DNA from: Sphyrna mokarran
Taxonomy: Eukaryota
Direction: 5' to 3'
Length of the DNA stretch: 64,000 bases
Assembly (NCBI GenBank): GCA_024679065.1
Contig: JAGIQG010000008.1
Coordinates: 95,728,001 to 95,792,000 of the forward strand
The notes beneath the pieces are model-generated. The model saw nothing but the letters and a program-made list of their open reading frames with translations, was not told the DNA's origin and made no database searches. The position numbers were made by a program, and so were the translations under genes. Below are positions 39,593 through 52,738 of the stretch, in pieces (the stretch's first letter is position 1; each line of letters opens with the position of its first letter).

Positions 39593-42500
39593 CTCTCATT
39601 TCTCACTGCTGGTACCTACCCAGTGACCCCTGCTGGACAATTTACATCTGGACACTGAATGAAAAGAGGATCAGGTTCAGTGATACTTCTTATGATCAAA
39701 CAGCCTACCATTATTCACGTATTCAGTGAAATAATTGAGATTGACTAGTTTCTAAAAAATTAAACTTCTTCTCGAGTTATTTATGGAAGTGGAAAGGAGT
39801 TGTCATTCAATTGTCATCTAGTAGAACCAGAACATGAGAATGTTCTCTTGGGCGTAATTTGTGTCACACTCACGGTAGTTACCATAACTCACTCATGACT
39901 CTGTTTCTTAATGAGTTATCAGATTTACCATCTGTAAGATACATTCACCATCCTTGGATGTCATATTGCACTAGACTTCCTGAGAAATATTTTTCCAATG
40001 ACCAGGAATTTGTAAGGCATGAAATGCATCTGGTTTATAAGATCATTTGTGTTGTCACCTGCTTACTTGATACCAATATGCAAAAAGCAAAATCCGGTTG
40101 AACCAAAATAATCCAATGTTGCACCAATATGCTTTTTGTCTGATATACTTAACTGATCATCTGAAATTACTCCAATCTCCAAGAACTGACCTATATCCAT
40201 TAGTATTGTACCCTGGAGCTAAAGAGCCCCATCCGTTTCTTTCCAAATGCTAGAAGAGCAAAATTTATAATTACAGTACCACCGAGGATTTCGCAATTCA
40301 AATGAAAATCCTGTGGAAAATCCTCTGCAACTATCATTATGCTTTGCTAAAATCCCAATGACAGCAATGATCACTATATTTCATTCTGCTAGATTCTCGG
40401 ATCAAAAAGCTAATCAGGACAGTGAAAGACTTATTCCCTGTCAGGAAAAAAATGGTTTTCACCACTGTCTCTTAACACCAACAGATAATATTTGGCAGGG
40501 ATGAATTCTATGAGCAACAAAAAAAACCAGAGGCTACTCGTTGCTATAAATCACTGGTTGGAGTCTTTACCAGTTTAAAAAATCCCCAACTCAAAATAAA
40601 CATTCAGTCCAGTTAATAGTGACCACAACTTTCAGTCTGTAAACTATATCTTTGGTCCCTATGTTATGGAATTGACCTCAGGTGTGCAATAATACCCACC
40701 GACCAGCCTGCAAATCAAGGTATTATATAACACACTCCGAATCATTCTGCAACCACTAGCTGCAGAACCCACTTGGCAGTGAGAACCCTCAAATGTAGTC
40801 AATAGCTGGGTAATACATATCGTGCCCTTCGATGAACTCAATATATTCTATTGGATTACAGATTAAATAAGGCATAAGTGTTAAATGCTACCTAAACACG
40901 GCAGGTTTTTTTTAAGTGCAGCTGTATCACTGTGTGCACAAGGTGCAGCCTTGGGATCTGTCTGTTAATTACTATTGAACTCTCTGAGGATTATGGAAGC
41001 ATATTTGCATCATGTCAAGAATACACACACATATAGAAAATCATCTTCAGAAATGGGCACTCTCTCCCTAGAGTGCAAATAATTAAACATTATTCCGTTT
41101 GTGCACCTAATGTTTTTGCTTATGATTAGTCTTCTGTTACAAACTTGAGCATTGCATGTTTAATAAGAAATATGATTTGTCAGCAAATAATTACTTCCAC
41201 ATGCTAATGAAGTCAAGGTTGCTCTAACTGTATTTCAACTGTTTAACAAAAATGTCAAACCATTAAGTAGAATAGAAGCAACTTGAGTTACATATAACTG
41301 ATGATTGCTTTTGATTACAGTCTAGCAATAAGTCTTGTAGGTTTGATCGTATCGTTAGGCGTCAGAGCGTTTTCACATTAAGAGAAAAAATCTTTACAAA
41401 AAAAGGCAAGTAACTGATGCTGTTCCTAAAATACAATATTAATATTATGAACTTTGATACGTCTTTAAATACGAGTCACAAAATACATATGTTTTTAGCC
41501 GAATCTTCTGGCAAAAGTGAATCAAATTATTTGTTATCAACTCCTAAGATATTTGCATCTTTGATGGGGTCGGTTTGAATTCGGTCTAGGTGCACTTTTC
41601 CAAACTTATGACCCGGTACTAGGGAAGGCAACAGGGGAGAGCCGCTTTGACTATTTCCCTACCACACACAGGGGAGTGTTTTCAACAGCTCTGCTGCCTG
41701 CTACTTCTCCCAGACTTGCTGCTTCTGATGCTTCGCAGAATGAACGGATCGGTGGCGTGGAGTAAAACTGAATCTTGGCACAACAAAAATCACACCCTTC
41801 TCCTCAGCATTCAGCAAGTCCAGAAGGAATGGGAAATCGCCGAAGATTCACCAACTCTCCCTTAATAAAGATCGCACCAGCATTAGATAAGAGTGCAGGG
41901 TTTTTTTGTGTTTTTATTCTTTTTTTAAAAAAAAATCAAGTAATAGTGTATTCGTGTATTTTTCTAAGGGGGCGGGGGACAAATGCAACTTTGTATTCCA
42001 ACAATATTTTTGCATGCACGGTGATGGAACTTGGGTTGGCCCAGCTTTGTATTTGGGTCTCGGACGATGCGAGGCTAAATTGCAGTGAACGGCACGAGGT
42101 TTGAAATTGAACAACCCCGGCACCACACTCTCCTTTCAGACCCACTCTCTCCGCTGCTTTGACTTGTAGCCGCTGTGATAGGAAGTGTGAGCTTCTGTCA
42201 GCCAGCCCCAACTCTAACCTCCCCCAGCCCCACAGCCCATTCTTGCTGTCAATTCCCCTTTGATCAGAATACATTTCCATTACAATTGAACAACATTTCC
42301 CAGAAAGGGAATCATGTTTCTCCGTGGTACATTTAATGATTTTATCTATTTTCTATTTTTATTAAATTAATCTTTTTTTTATTATTTTCGTGTCCTCGGG
42401 TTATCTTTTTTCCCCTGTTTTTTGATGTCCATCAAGATGCTGAATACTCCCATTATCCTTTTTGTTTCAACTTTTTTTTCTCCCTTTTATCTTTGCCCTC

Positions 42501-45500
42501 GTTCTCCCCCTTATCCCTTAACTGATGAGATTACAAAAGTCGCCGTGCCTATTACCCTCACCTCTGTCCAGGTATAACGCAAGGGAGAGGAGTGAGTCTA
42601 AGGGTGAGCAGTTGCAGATGGTTCAAGATGCACAGAGGTGGGACCCACCTATTCCCGTCAAAGGGGATTATTAACTAGCTGCGCCATACCTGTGATTCTT
42701 AAAGTAGCCTGTGATCCGAGTAGGCTCGGATATTTTCCAAATTGACGGCGGTGGGGGCTGGGGGGTGGGGTGGTGTCCATTCAGGCTATGGGTGGAATTT
42801 GGGAGGAGGTGCAGGAGGAGAACTGTGGACCCCGATTGTATAGCTTGGGTGAAATATTTCAAACTATGAAAATATTTGAAAAGTAAACACCGCAAAGAGC
42901 AACTCGCAGAACTACCCGTCTGACCTGAATTAACTGGAGTAAAATGAACCCACAATGGCTTGGATTATGTCGGGTCCCGGCTTTATTTTCTGGCGGTGCA
43001 GAAAAGTAATTAACCCTAGGAATGCCGGTGGACATTAAGGGGGACATGGACTGTTCAACTCAGTGGTGACATTGAATTTTAAATTCACACCTGGGTGAAG
43101 CTTTCTTAAATTCTGAACAAGTTACCCTCACCCGCATCTGCCCTCTATAAAATTAAGTATAATTTGCTTATTTTAATTTATAAATTTACTAGGCCCAGTC
43201 AATTGACATTAATTATTTGAAAATGTTATTGAAATATTTTAACCAAATCCAGCTCTCGCCGTGTGATTGTTAGTAAAAGTACTCACCTTCAATCTTAATA
43301 AATAAACAAATAGTTGGAGCGGTACGCTCATTTGTGAATCGCAGTTTTTTTTAACTAAATGCGACTTTATAACCCAATTAATCCACGATCTCTGCCCTGA
43401 TCCAGAAGCTATAGACATTAGCAAATGATTAGGTCGACATATTTACAGAAATCAAAAAACAAAGGGGACTTTGGTTTGTGTCCTGCTAGTTAATAATGAA
43501 TATCTTCAGCAGATTTCTTCTAACTTTCCAACTTCAAAAGGTTACTGTCCTTTTAATTCCCATCACCTTTAAATTATTCATCATTTCATGTAAAATATGA
43601 CGAGGATATTAAACTACGCCTTGCTGATGCTCCCCGCCCCCCCCCCTCTCCACTTTTGCCTTTGATTCATATTCTCATTAAGTTCAATTTGTGCTTTAAA
43701 TTAGACACGTTCCTGGGACAAAACAGTAATAATGTTGTTGCAGTTCACCTCATTCAAAATGGGTGCACTGTGTTCCCTTTTCTTTTAAACAATATTTATC
43801 CACCGCTGTTTGGCCTAGGGTCGCTATGTAAGAGATTTTGAAATCCAGCTTGAGTTGCAAATGATCACAGTTCAAGTAACAAAATCTATAGGAACCCCGG
43901 TTAAAATGATATGCGAAACCCAGGTTATTACCTGAAAAAAGACCTTGATTGAACAGGACGGTAGTCAGGCAGTAATCAATACAACTCAAGCGTCCATTGG
44001 GAGAATTAAAATCATTTTGAAATTGTTCACTGTGTATTTTAGTTTTGTAGCTATTTTTTGCTATTAATGTCTAACTTTGCTGGCACTTTCTTTTATTAGT
44101 TATTCTAATATCCAGCAGGTATTCTTTCTGTCACACAATAAAACTTCAAATTGTAAAACAAAATTAATAGAACTTCACCAGAAGAAGTATGGCATATTCA
44201 TTCTTCTTTGGCAAAGCATATGTAAATTCTAAATATATGATCCTGCAATTCAAAGTTGCAATCCCCATTACAATACCATAAACTAAACCAACGCCATATC
44301 ATAGTGACATAATCTATGTCAGTCAACAACTTAAATATCACACTCCTGCTACAAACTTTAGTCTCCGTAGCTCCTCCGTAGGTGTTTATTATATGAAATA
44401 TATACTGTCTTAATCAACTGCCCTTCCTGTTCACAGCGTTTGACCATAGATGTTGAAGAATGTGAAAAGAGAATAACCCAAGACTGAGTGGAGTCTCTTT
44501 TTAAGACGCCTCTATTGAGATCCTAGACATTGCAGTTTAGCCTTGTAGTATGGGTACAATCTGCTGAATTTGCAATCTAATTATAAATGTGCCATTTGGA
44601 CCTCCTTTCAGCTTCAGTGCCACCATACCTTATGAGGGAAGTTACTTTAACAGCAAGCAACAAGTCAGACAGCTGTTCAAAACAAAATACCATTACCAGA
44701 TCAACTTTTCCCTAACACTGGGACTAGCGAGGGTATTGTTTTACAAACAGCCTTACAGACTTACTTGTATTATGCACAACGAAGAATGGTTATTAAGTAT
44801 GCCTCAACAATTTAGGGAAACGGTTCATAAAATCAATTCTCTTAATTGATTGCTAAACAAAGAAATCATGTGAAAACAATCATGACTAAATATGTTTTTT
44901 TAGAGATGTTTTAATAGAAGGATTGTTTAGTAAATGCGCCATGTAAATATTTTCTGTGAGGTTTATAATGCAAGTGGTTACTTATTCGGAATACATTTTC
45001 AATCATTTCAGCAGATACTTGTAGATATATATGTGTGTGTATATATATGTATTTATAATATGTGATGAATTTTTAACATGTTCAATGTGTTTAACAATTT
45101 ACTAGGCTAATTTCAACACCATGTTCATCTAATAACTTCCATTTATGAATCACAAGTGCATTTCACAAAGAGAAAAACATTCATTTACGCTATGTATTGA
45201 AAGGTATAGTTCTATTACTATAGGCGTTTTGATTATTATGCAAAATCACTCGAAGAAGACAATTCTTAAGCACATTAGCTTAAATTCTGAAAGCGGCGTG
45301 TGCGTTATGTTATACAAATGGGAGAGATGTTATATTACAGATCACTTATAAAACCTTACAATAAACAGATGTGGTGTGGTTAAACACGCTGCTTATCTCC
45401 GCTCAACACCCGCGAGTTCTCTTTTTTTTATTTCTGGCGAAAGTTTTGACTCAATATTTTGGGAAACACCCCAGACCTAGGAGTCAGAAAGAGCTAATCT

Positions 45501-46859
45501 CTTTTCCCCAGACAGCTTTCACATTCACTCTCTTTTTCTACTACTGCCTCCCCCCCCCCCCCCACATTCATCCCCCCAACACCACCCCGTCACTAAGACA
45601 GGCACAACACTAATTGTCATTTTAAATGTCCCTTTCGTCCCCTTTCCCCCAGCCCTGAAAGAGTGTGAAGAAAGGAAGGTCAGTTATCAGATCGATAACA
45701 TCAGAGCTTCTGACTGTTAAACAGGCAATGTCCCATTCCGAGATACTAGTTAACGCTTTCCCCTCTCCTGCCACTTAATGCGCGGAGCAGACAGTCTTTC
45801 GGGTGGCACTATCCCTTCTTAAATATTTCAGAGAAAAGGGAACTTGAATCGCATCACAAACAACAACGTCAGTTGGCGGGACCCCCCACACAGAAAAGGA
45901 GAATCCAAAATGATTAAAATTGAAAAGTGGAAAGTTTGAAAGAAGATACATATGTATGCCCGTGCATGCAATATTAAAATAAAATAAGCTGAGATATGAT
46001 GCAAGGCGAACACAATCTAAATAAATCCAATATTAAAAAAGTAATTAGTGTTTAAACCCGTGAAAGTACAGAAAACTTTCTGAACAATATAGCTTTTTGT
46101 CATCTAATCGCTGTCCACACAGTTTGAAAAAAAGAAATCGTGATGTCCTGCACTGCGTCTATCATCCGAATTTTTTTTAATATATCAGTGTTGGTTCAAA
46201 GTAAATTTTACCACTCACGTTTGGCCTTTTTAGTTGACAGAAGTGGATGATCGCGCCAAGGAAGCGGGCTATATAGAAAGGTTGGGTATTGTCTCCTTAT
46301 GGGTCGGTCACTGGATGCCTGCTTTATTTTCATTTACGTGCTTGTGCATTCTTCCCTGATCAATTTGCATGACCCTCCCCAGATAGAAGCGGCTAAAAAT
46401 GAGATTATCTCGCACGTCGGCGAGAGTGGGTGCAAAACCGCAAGACTGGCGACTTTACGAACTTTATTCTTTCTAACCCAAAAGAATAAAACAGTGCTTT
46501 GATCATGAATATATGAACATGAGACAGCGTTTTAAAGTCCAGATTGCAACTTTCTAATTCTGCACTCAACCACATGCGCTGCTTAACATCTAGTACCACT
46601 GTGTGGACAGAGTCGAAATTGCCGCCCCTGTTTATAACCAGGGAACTGTTGCTAATATGTTTAAAGACAGATAGCCGGTTCAGCGTCAACTTAAACTTTA
46701 TGTTATTAATTTAAGATGATATCGCACATTATTGTTACTTTAAAAAACACAAAGCAGTTTATCCAAAAATCGTATTTCTGAACTTGTGTCTAGAAATGAG
46801 TGTGCGGATTTCACCGTCTATCCTACCCCAGAATGCAGAATAAACTTGTGATTCCCAGT

Positions 46860-48800
46860 GAAAGGGGGGGGGAGGGGGTTGAGAATGGGGGGCGAGGAGG
46901 AGGGAGATCGCCTTTTGTAACGTGCAGATTGGCATTAAAGAGGGGCGGATGGAAAGAATAGGAGTGGGGTGGCGGGGGGGGAGGGGGGCGGGGGGTTGTA
47001 CAGAGGGGAGGGAGGATGGTGATGGGGTGAGGAGGGAGAGAGAGAGAGACAGAGACTTCTTCCGTGCATGTGTGTTTAAGAGAAATCTGTAATAACTCGC
47101 ACGGCTCTTTTTACATTGTAAATGGTTAAATGAGGGGAGGGGAAGGAGGGGGGAGGGTGGTTACAGGACAACCTCACGGCACTCTGTCCCTTCCGGACAA
47201 GACTGACCCTAACCACAACGTAACAACACCGGGGGGGAGGGGGGGGGGAGGGGAGGGGGGAGACAACAGCCAGCTTCCAGCCACAGTGCAGCCCTTAAGT
47301 AGAAACCCGTAGAAATGTACACGAGAAAGGGGACACTAGACACAACAAGCAACACACACACACACACACATACACACATACACATATACACCAACGAAAA
47401 CACAAGGGGTTTTTTTTTGCCCGGTTACCTTAGTAGCCAGTCTGGCGAGACCGCAGCTCCTTGCTATCCCGTGTCCTTAGACGTGTCTAATCTTATGTTT
47501 TACAGTTTGAAACCAATTTTTATATATTAAAAAAAAACAAAAGAACTGACACGAAGAGCTGAAAGTCAGCTGGAGCTTCCCCAGGCCATTGAGAGAGAGG
47601 GGGGGGGGTGGTGTTGGATGGGTTGGGGGGGGAGGTGGTAGTGGGGAGGGGGGGCGGATCGCTGGCAGAAGTTGCTGATGGGGTTTGCCGGCAAACAAAA
47701 TCTTGCTTATTCTCTGTGAAACAAGTGAAGGCGATGGTTAGTGCTGTCAATCTTGACGATCAATTCCAGCGGCCATGTCGCAAGTATTCAAAGCATTTCC
47801 CGTCGTGCAACATCAGAAAGTGAATGGCCAGGGCACTGATGTTACTACTCCCCCCACTCTCTCGCAATCAGCCTTGATGTCTGCTGCTCCCAGGACCGGC
47901 ACATACACATACACACACACACACACATACACACACAGAGACATACACATACAGAACATACACGCACACACAGAGATCAGGGATTGAGGCGAAAGGGTAA
48001 AAAAGCGGCCAGACACTGCACCCACACGACACATTCACACACAACAACACAGCCAGCTACTAACAGCTTGACCAGAGCGATTGCTGAACTTCGCACAGGG
48101 GAACTCGTGCACACACACACAAAAAAAAGGCACTGGAAGGCAACTCAACTTCCCCTCTCTCTCTAATCGGCTCTCTCTACCCTCCCCTTTCCCCTCCCGA
48201 AACATCGCATTCAATTTACAAATTCCGTCCAAGTCCGGAACTTTGGAGACAACTAGCTCTTATTTATTATTATTATATATATATTTTAAAAAAACACACA
48301 TTATTAACGCGCCGGGTAGGAAACGTTTGCTTTCCAGATACTCATCCTGGAGAAGGTTGGAGATAGACGGAGGGGCAATAAAAGGCGGGGGGGAGGGGGG
48401 GAACAAGGGGGAGAGTAGGGAAGGAGGTGGATAGATGCCCGCGGCTGGGAGAGGACAGCGCTGACAATCGGTTCAACTTATCCGGGAGGGGAGACGGCGT
48501 TCCCCGGAGCTGCGATTGACAAGGCGGTGGGGAAGGAGCCGGGGGGGGGGGGGGGGGGACGTCGGTGCGGAGTGTGAGCCCTCTGAGAGAGCTAACGCTG
48601 AGGAATCCTCAATCTGCTGCTGAACATTTTCTATAACTGCTGTCGAGCACTGGGAAACCTGATAGAGTTACACATTAACCCTCTATCCGCCACCTTTAGG
48701 GGGAACCTTCAGCGGTAGTCATTGCACTTTTCCGCTGAAACTAATATTAATTACATTTTAAGGGACCCCCCCCCACACACACACACACCCACTCGTGCCA
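46860..48800 (-). promoter_or_regulatory. CpG/GC-rich promoter and candidate non-coding first exon (~48450 to 47429) of an unidentified minus-strand gene
   Basis: High CpG density, G-runs and CA/GA microsatellites, strong donor AAG|GTAACC at 47429/47428, and no long meaningful ORF. The TSS position is inferred only. Confidence 0.6.
48541..48558 (+). repeat. Poly-G homopolymer
   Basis: 18 consecutive G. Confidence 0.95.
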
Positions 48801-51800
48801 GCCTTTCAGGGTATTAGCTCTACACAAACCATTCTCAGGTAGACACACTCAATTCAACCGGCATCAACCAGCGCACCACGTCTAAAACCTTGATTTGAAA
48901 AAAAAATCTGAAACTTCAGAGCCCTTTTCTGGTTATGTAACTGGAGTTAACCCCCTCGCTGTCAGCCAGAGTCAGGATCACCGAAGCAGCGATTGCATCA
49001 ATGAGGCTGACAGCTAACTAGTAATAGATCCGGATTACATTTCAGCGCAGCAACGACCATGAGGGTGCCGAGCGGTTACACATACACCGATTTCCCCCAG
49101 AGTAGCAACTGCACTGATTTCAAACAGATAAGGCAAAAATGGAATTTGTAAATCGGAATGAAACCCGGCTCTAACACCTCTTCCCCCACCTCACCCCTAC
49201 TATTATTCATACAGATAAACTCCCTTATTTATCTGTCAAACGCAAAACCTCCATTCCATTCTGTTCTTTGTGCTGAAGTAGCATTTTATTTTTTAAAAAT
49301 AAGCAGATTATAGAATGGAAGGGCAAGGCAACGCGTAACAGGTACGGGCACATAACTAGTGCGTGGATCAGTAACCTCTTAACTCCCAATTTAAGAATGA
49401 CTCTGTCTCCGCACCTTTCCACCCAGATTACTGTATCTTACACATTAACGTGTATTCATGTCAGATTGGTAGATATATATATATAAATGTTACACTGCGC
49501 GAATCGCTTAGCAGCTTTTGCCTATATCAAAGATAACTATTTAACATTTTGATCGCAATCTTAACCCGGCATAGAGGCATGCAGGCTGCTGGGATTCAGT
49601 ATGATCACTAAATGCTGAGAAAAAGGCTTGATCTCACAGCAAAGTTTAATGTTGTCTCGACAACATTGAAGGGATTCGAGTACAGCAACATTCCCCCCTC
49701 CCCATTCTGCGACTGTCATTAAAAACTTTAAAACTATAAAATAAATGTCTTTTTCCCCTAGACATTTCACTTTCGGTGAGCGATGTTATTGAATTAATAT
49801 TTATTTAGCTCCTTCAATCCAACTTGCAATGAAATATTAAGAGGGACCCAAGATAGTTCGAGAGGCAAGTCTGTCTCTCAGTTTCTATTTATATAATTAT
49901 GCAATTTCAGTGCAAACTCCTCAATCAAATTAACACTGAGACCTGGACATTCTGCCCGCATCGCCTGCAATCCAACTTCCCCCCACATTAACAGGACATG
50001 TGTAAACTGCTCCCAAAAACACTCCACCCAAGTTCAGATGTGGGGGGGGGCGGTGCTGGTGGAGGATTTATTCAATTTCTGATAAAAAAGATATCTCTGT
50101 TTAATATCACAGCCCTCTCGAATAGCTCGAAGTATGTGCGGGTTACTTTACTTTTTGATGGGCATTGTAAAAGTTGGAATTTCTTCTAAGGAGGAAAAAT
50201 GCAACCGATCAGGGACCATTCTGATTACACATGAAGAGATTGTACTCATCTGGTTAAATATATTAGACCAGCCATGAAATGGTGCAAGGATTTCCCGGCG
50301 TTGGTCAGTAGGAGTTAGAGGAATCTGATTTAGTTTATCGGGGGATGGAAATGTAAACAACACGGTTTTACCGCGCACAATCGATCCTTGTGAAAAATAC
50401 GGGTTGGAAATAGTTCAAACTATAGCCAGGTATTCGGGCTGTTGTACCTCCTGTCACCTGGGCTCATCCGATAGCCCTGTCCGGGGGTGAGGTAAAGACG
50501 GGTTTCGGGAGAGTTGTTGAGAGTGTGTTGAGTTGAGTGTTCGAGGGATCTCTCTTTCAATTAGTGTTTAATAACATCACTTTTCTTTCCCTGGTTAAAA
50601 TAAAGCAAGCAGCCACTGTCTGAGAAAGGGGCTAAAATGAGATGAAGTCCGCGGCGGTGTTTGATCTTGAGCGTCTCTAGGACACTACAGGATGACACTT
50701 AGGCTGATACTGTCGTGGGGTAGGTGAGACAGAAATCAGACACGAATCAGAGTCAGCGTAGCACTCAATCGGTGCCCTCACGTTATTATTGGATGATTAT
50801 TGGCCGGGTCAGAAGTCAGTGACTTCCACCCTCTTCCTTAGTAAAAGTACGGGTTGAGTTTGGTTAAAGCGAAATTTCCTGAATTTCCACTGCGAGCTCA
50901 GTACAAGGACCAATCGCGAACACACACTCTGATGCTTAATTCACGCTGGAGGCAGTTTGAGGAGCCTCTGGGTGTGTTTTGTTTTTTGTGTCTGTGCAGA
51001 AACTTTTGGTGCGCGGCATTCCTCTTGAACCTGGCAGTTAATTTGATTCAATCCAGGGACAGCAACAATGCCTCCCCTCTCTGGCATTTCATTTGCAGGT
51101 ACGCGTGCGGTGCGCCGGTGTCTGTGTGTATGTGAGCATTAAAAGGTCGGTGTTTGCAGCTCGGAGCTGGGGAGCGCAAGAGAATGAGCTGCCGCTGGGT
51201 TTGACATCCAGCTTCTATCAAAATGACAAGCGCGCCTTTGAGAAACTGACTGTTGTAACAGGTCCCCCATCAGATACATTTACATTGTCAATTGGATGCA
51301 ACTTCGGCGCTTAGCGTGCGGATACTTATTTTCTATATACCTTGCGCAAAGGTAAGACAGACCCAGAACAAATCAATTTCTCTCCTATTATTCTATTCAT
51401 ACGACCGAGAGTGAGAGAAAAACAATCCTATCCTAATCTGTAGAGATGATATTGTGCAGTTTTTTTTAACTCGATCGCAGTATTGTTTGTAAAACATGCC
51501 CAACTTTTTTTATCAAGCCGCCACTGATAATCGACCTGTCCTGCACACACAACTAGTATATGAACATCTGACCTCCCAACCCATCACATCAATTAAAACA
51601 ATTAAATATATATATGTAAATCCGCAGTTAGGACGACAATATTAGGTTGCTTGTCACAATTGGAGTGTGCAAAGCTGTGAAGTCTTCGCCAGAAGATGGG
51701 AAGTGTGAAGGAATGTGGTAACAGGATAATTAAGGGAAAGTTAACCAGGATAGTTCTTGGTTGATCTATTTTTTAAAAAAAACTGGACTAAGAAAATTAA

Positions 51801-52335
51801 ATGAAGTATAATTAAGAAACAATGTATATTTAAGTGGAAGGAACTTACCTAGAAATGTTTGGTATATGTGTTCGGCCTCTGATGTATTTGCTAGGTGAGA
51901 GTTGAGGTTAACAGTTTAAACAGCGGGTTCCCCTTTATTAATCATTGTTCACCTTCTTACTTATTTTTGCAACTTGACAACCCCAGTTTGCAAGAGTGAC
52001 GGGAACAAAATTTCCTGTGTTTCAGCCAGATAGAGCCCCCACACAAAAAAAACCAAAGTGCTAAAATGATGTTCAGACAGTTCAAAATACAACTATTCCT
52101 GGAAGCAACTGACCGCAAGCTCAATGCAAAAAAATTTAAAAAATATATAGAAACACCAAGCAATTAAATCAAATTAACAGTGTGCAGTAGCTCTCCCTAG
52201 GAGTGCGAATGTTTCCATTCCATAGAACAGGCTTAGAAAGAATTGAGTTTAAATATAGCAACAAGGTTCAAGAAGTGAAAATAAAAGTTGCACCAATGCT
52301 TCTTTGGTGCTGATGTGGGCACAATGGCACCAGAC

Positions 52336-52337
<2 letters not shown>

Positions 52338-52368
<31 letters not shown>
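52338..52368 (+). repeat. (CA)n microsatellite
   Basis: About 15 perfect CA units. Confidence 0.95.
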
Positions 52369-52370
<2 letters not shown>

Positions 52371-52709
52371 ACTCACTGTAAATAACATTGGCATGCTAAT
52401 AATAGGATGGCTGTACTTACAAGGAATGAGGGCTGGATGCTGTTGGAAAAGCAGTTTGTGCTAATGGCAGAGTCATCCAGGCCGGTGTGAGAGGAGTGGC
52501 ACTGACAGGCTGGAGGTTTACCTTTACCAGCTGATTCCTTAGCGTCAGCTCCCCCCTCTCCACCCCCACCCCCCCTACACACACACACCCCAGCCTCTGC
52601 CTTTCATTTTCACATTCCCTTTGTTCTATAACACACGCGTCACCATCCTGCACCAAAAAAATGAATAATTAAATCAAACTATGCATTGGCTCCACGGCAT
52701 TGCACTTAC

Positions 52710-52738
52710 CAGCCAAGTCCAAGACAATACTATTCCTT
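52710..52738 (-). other. Candidate 29-nt micro-exon
   Basis: Minus strand: TTGACTCAT..TTTTTTCCTTTCTGCAG|AAGGAATAGTATTGTCTTGGACTTGGCTG|GTAAGTG, with branch-like motif, polypyrimidine tract, AG acceptor and consensus donor. Confidence 0.65.

Noticed and set aside
47429-52738. Assigning the locus to a named multi-promoter gene (beta-neurexin, BDNF, FGF13/14 considered)
   Set aside because: None of their characteristic first-exon peptides or motifs is visible, so no gene symbol can be supported.
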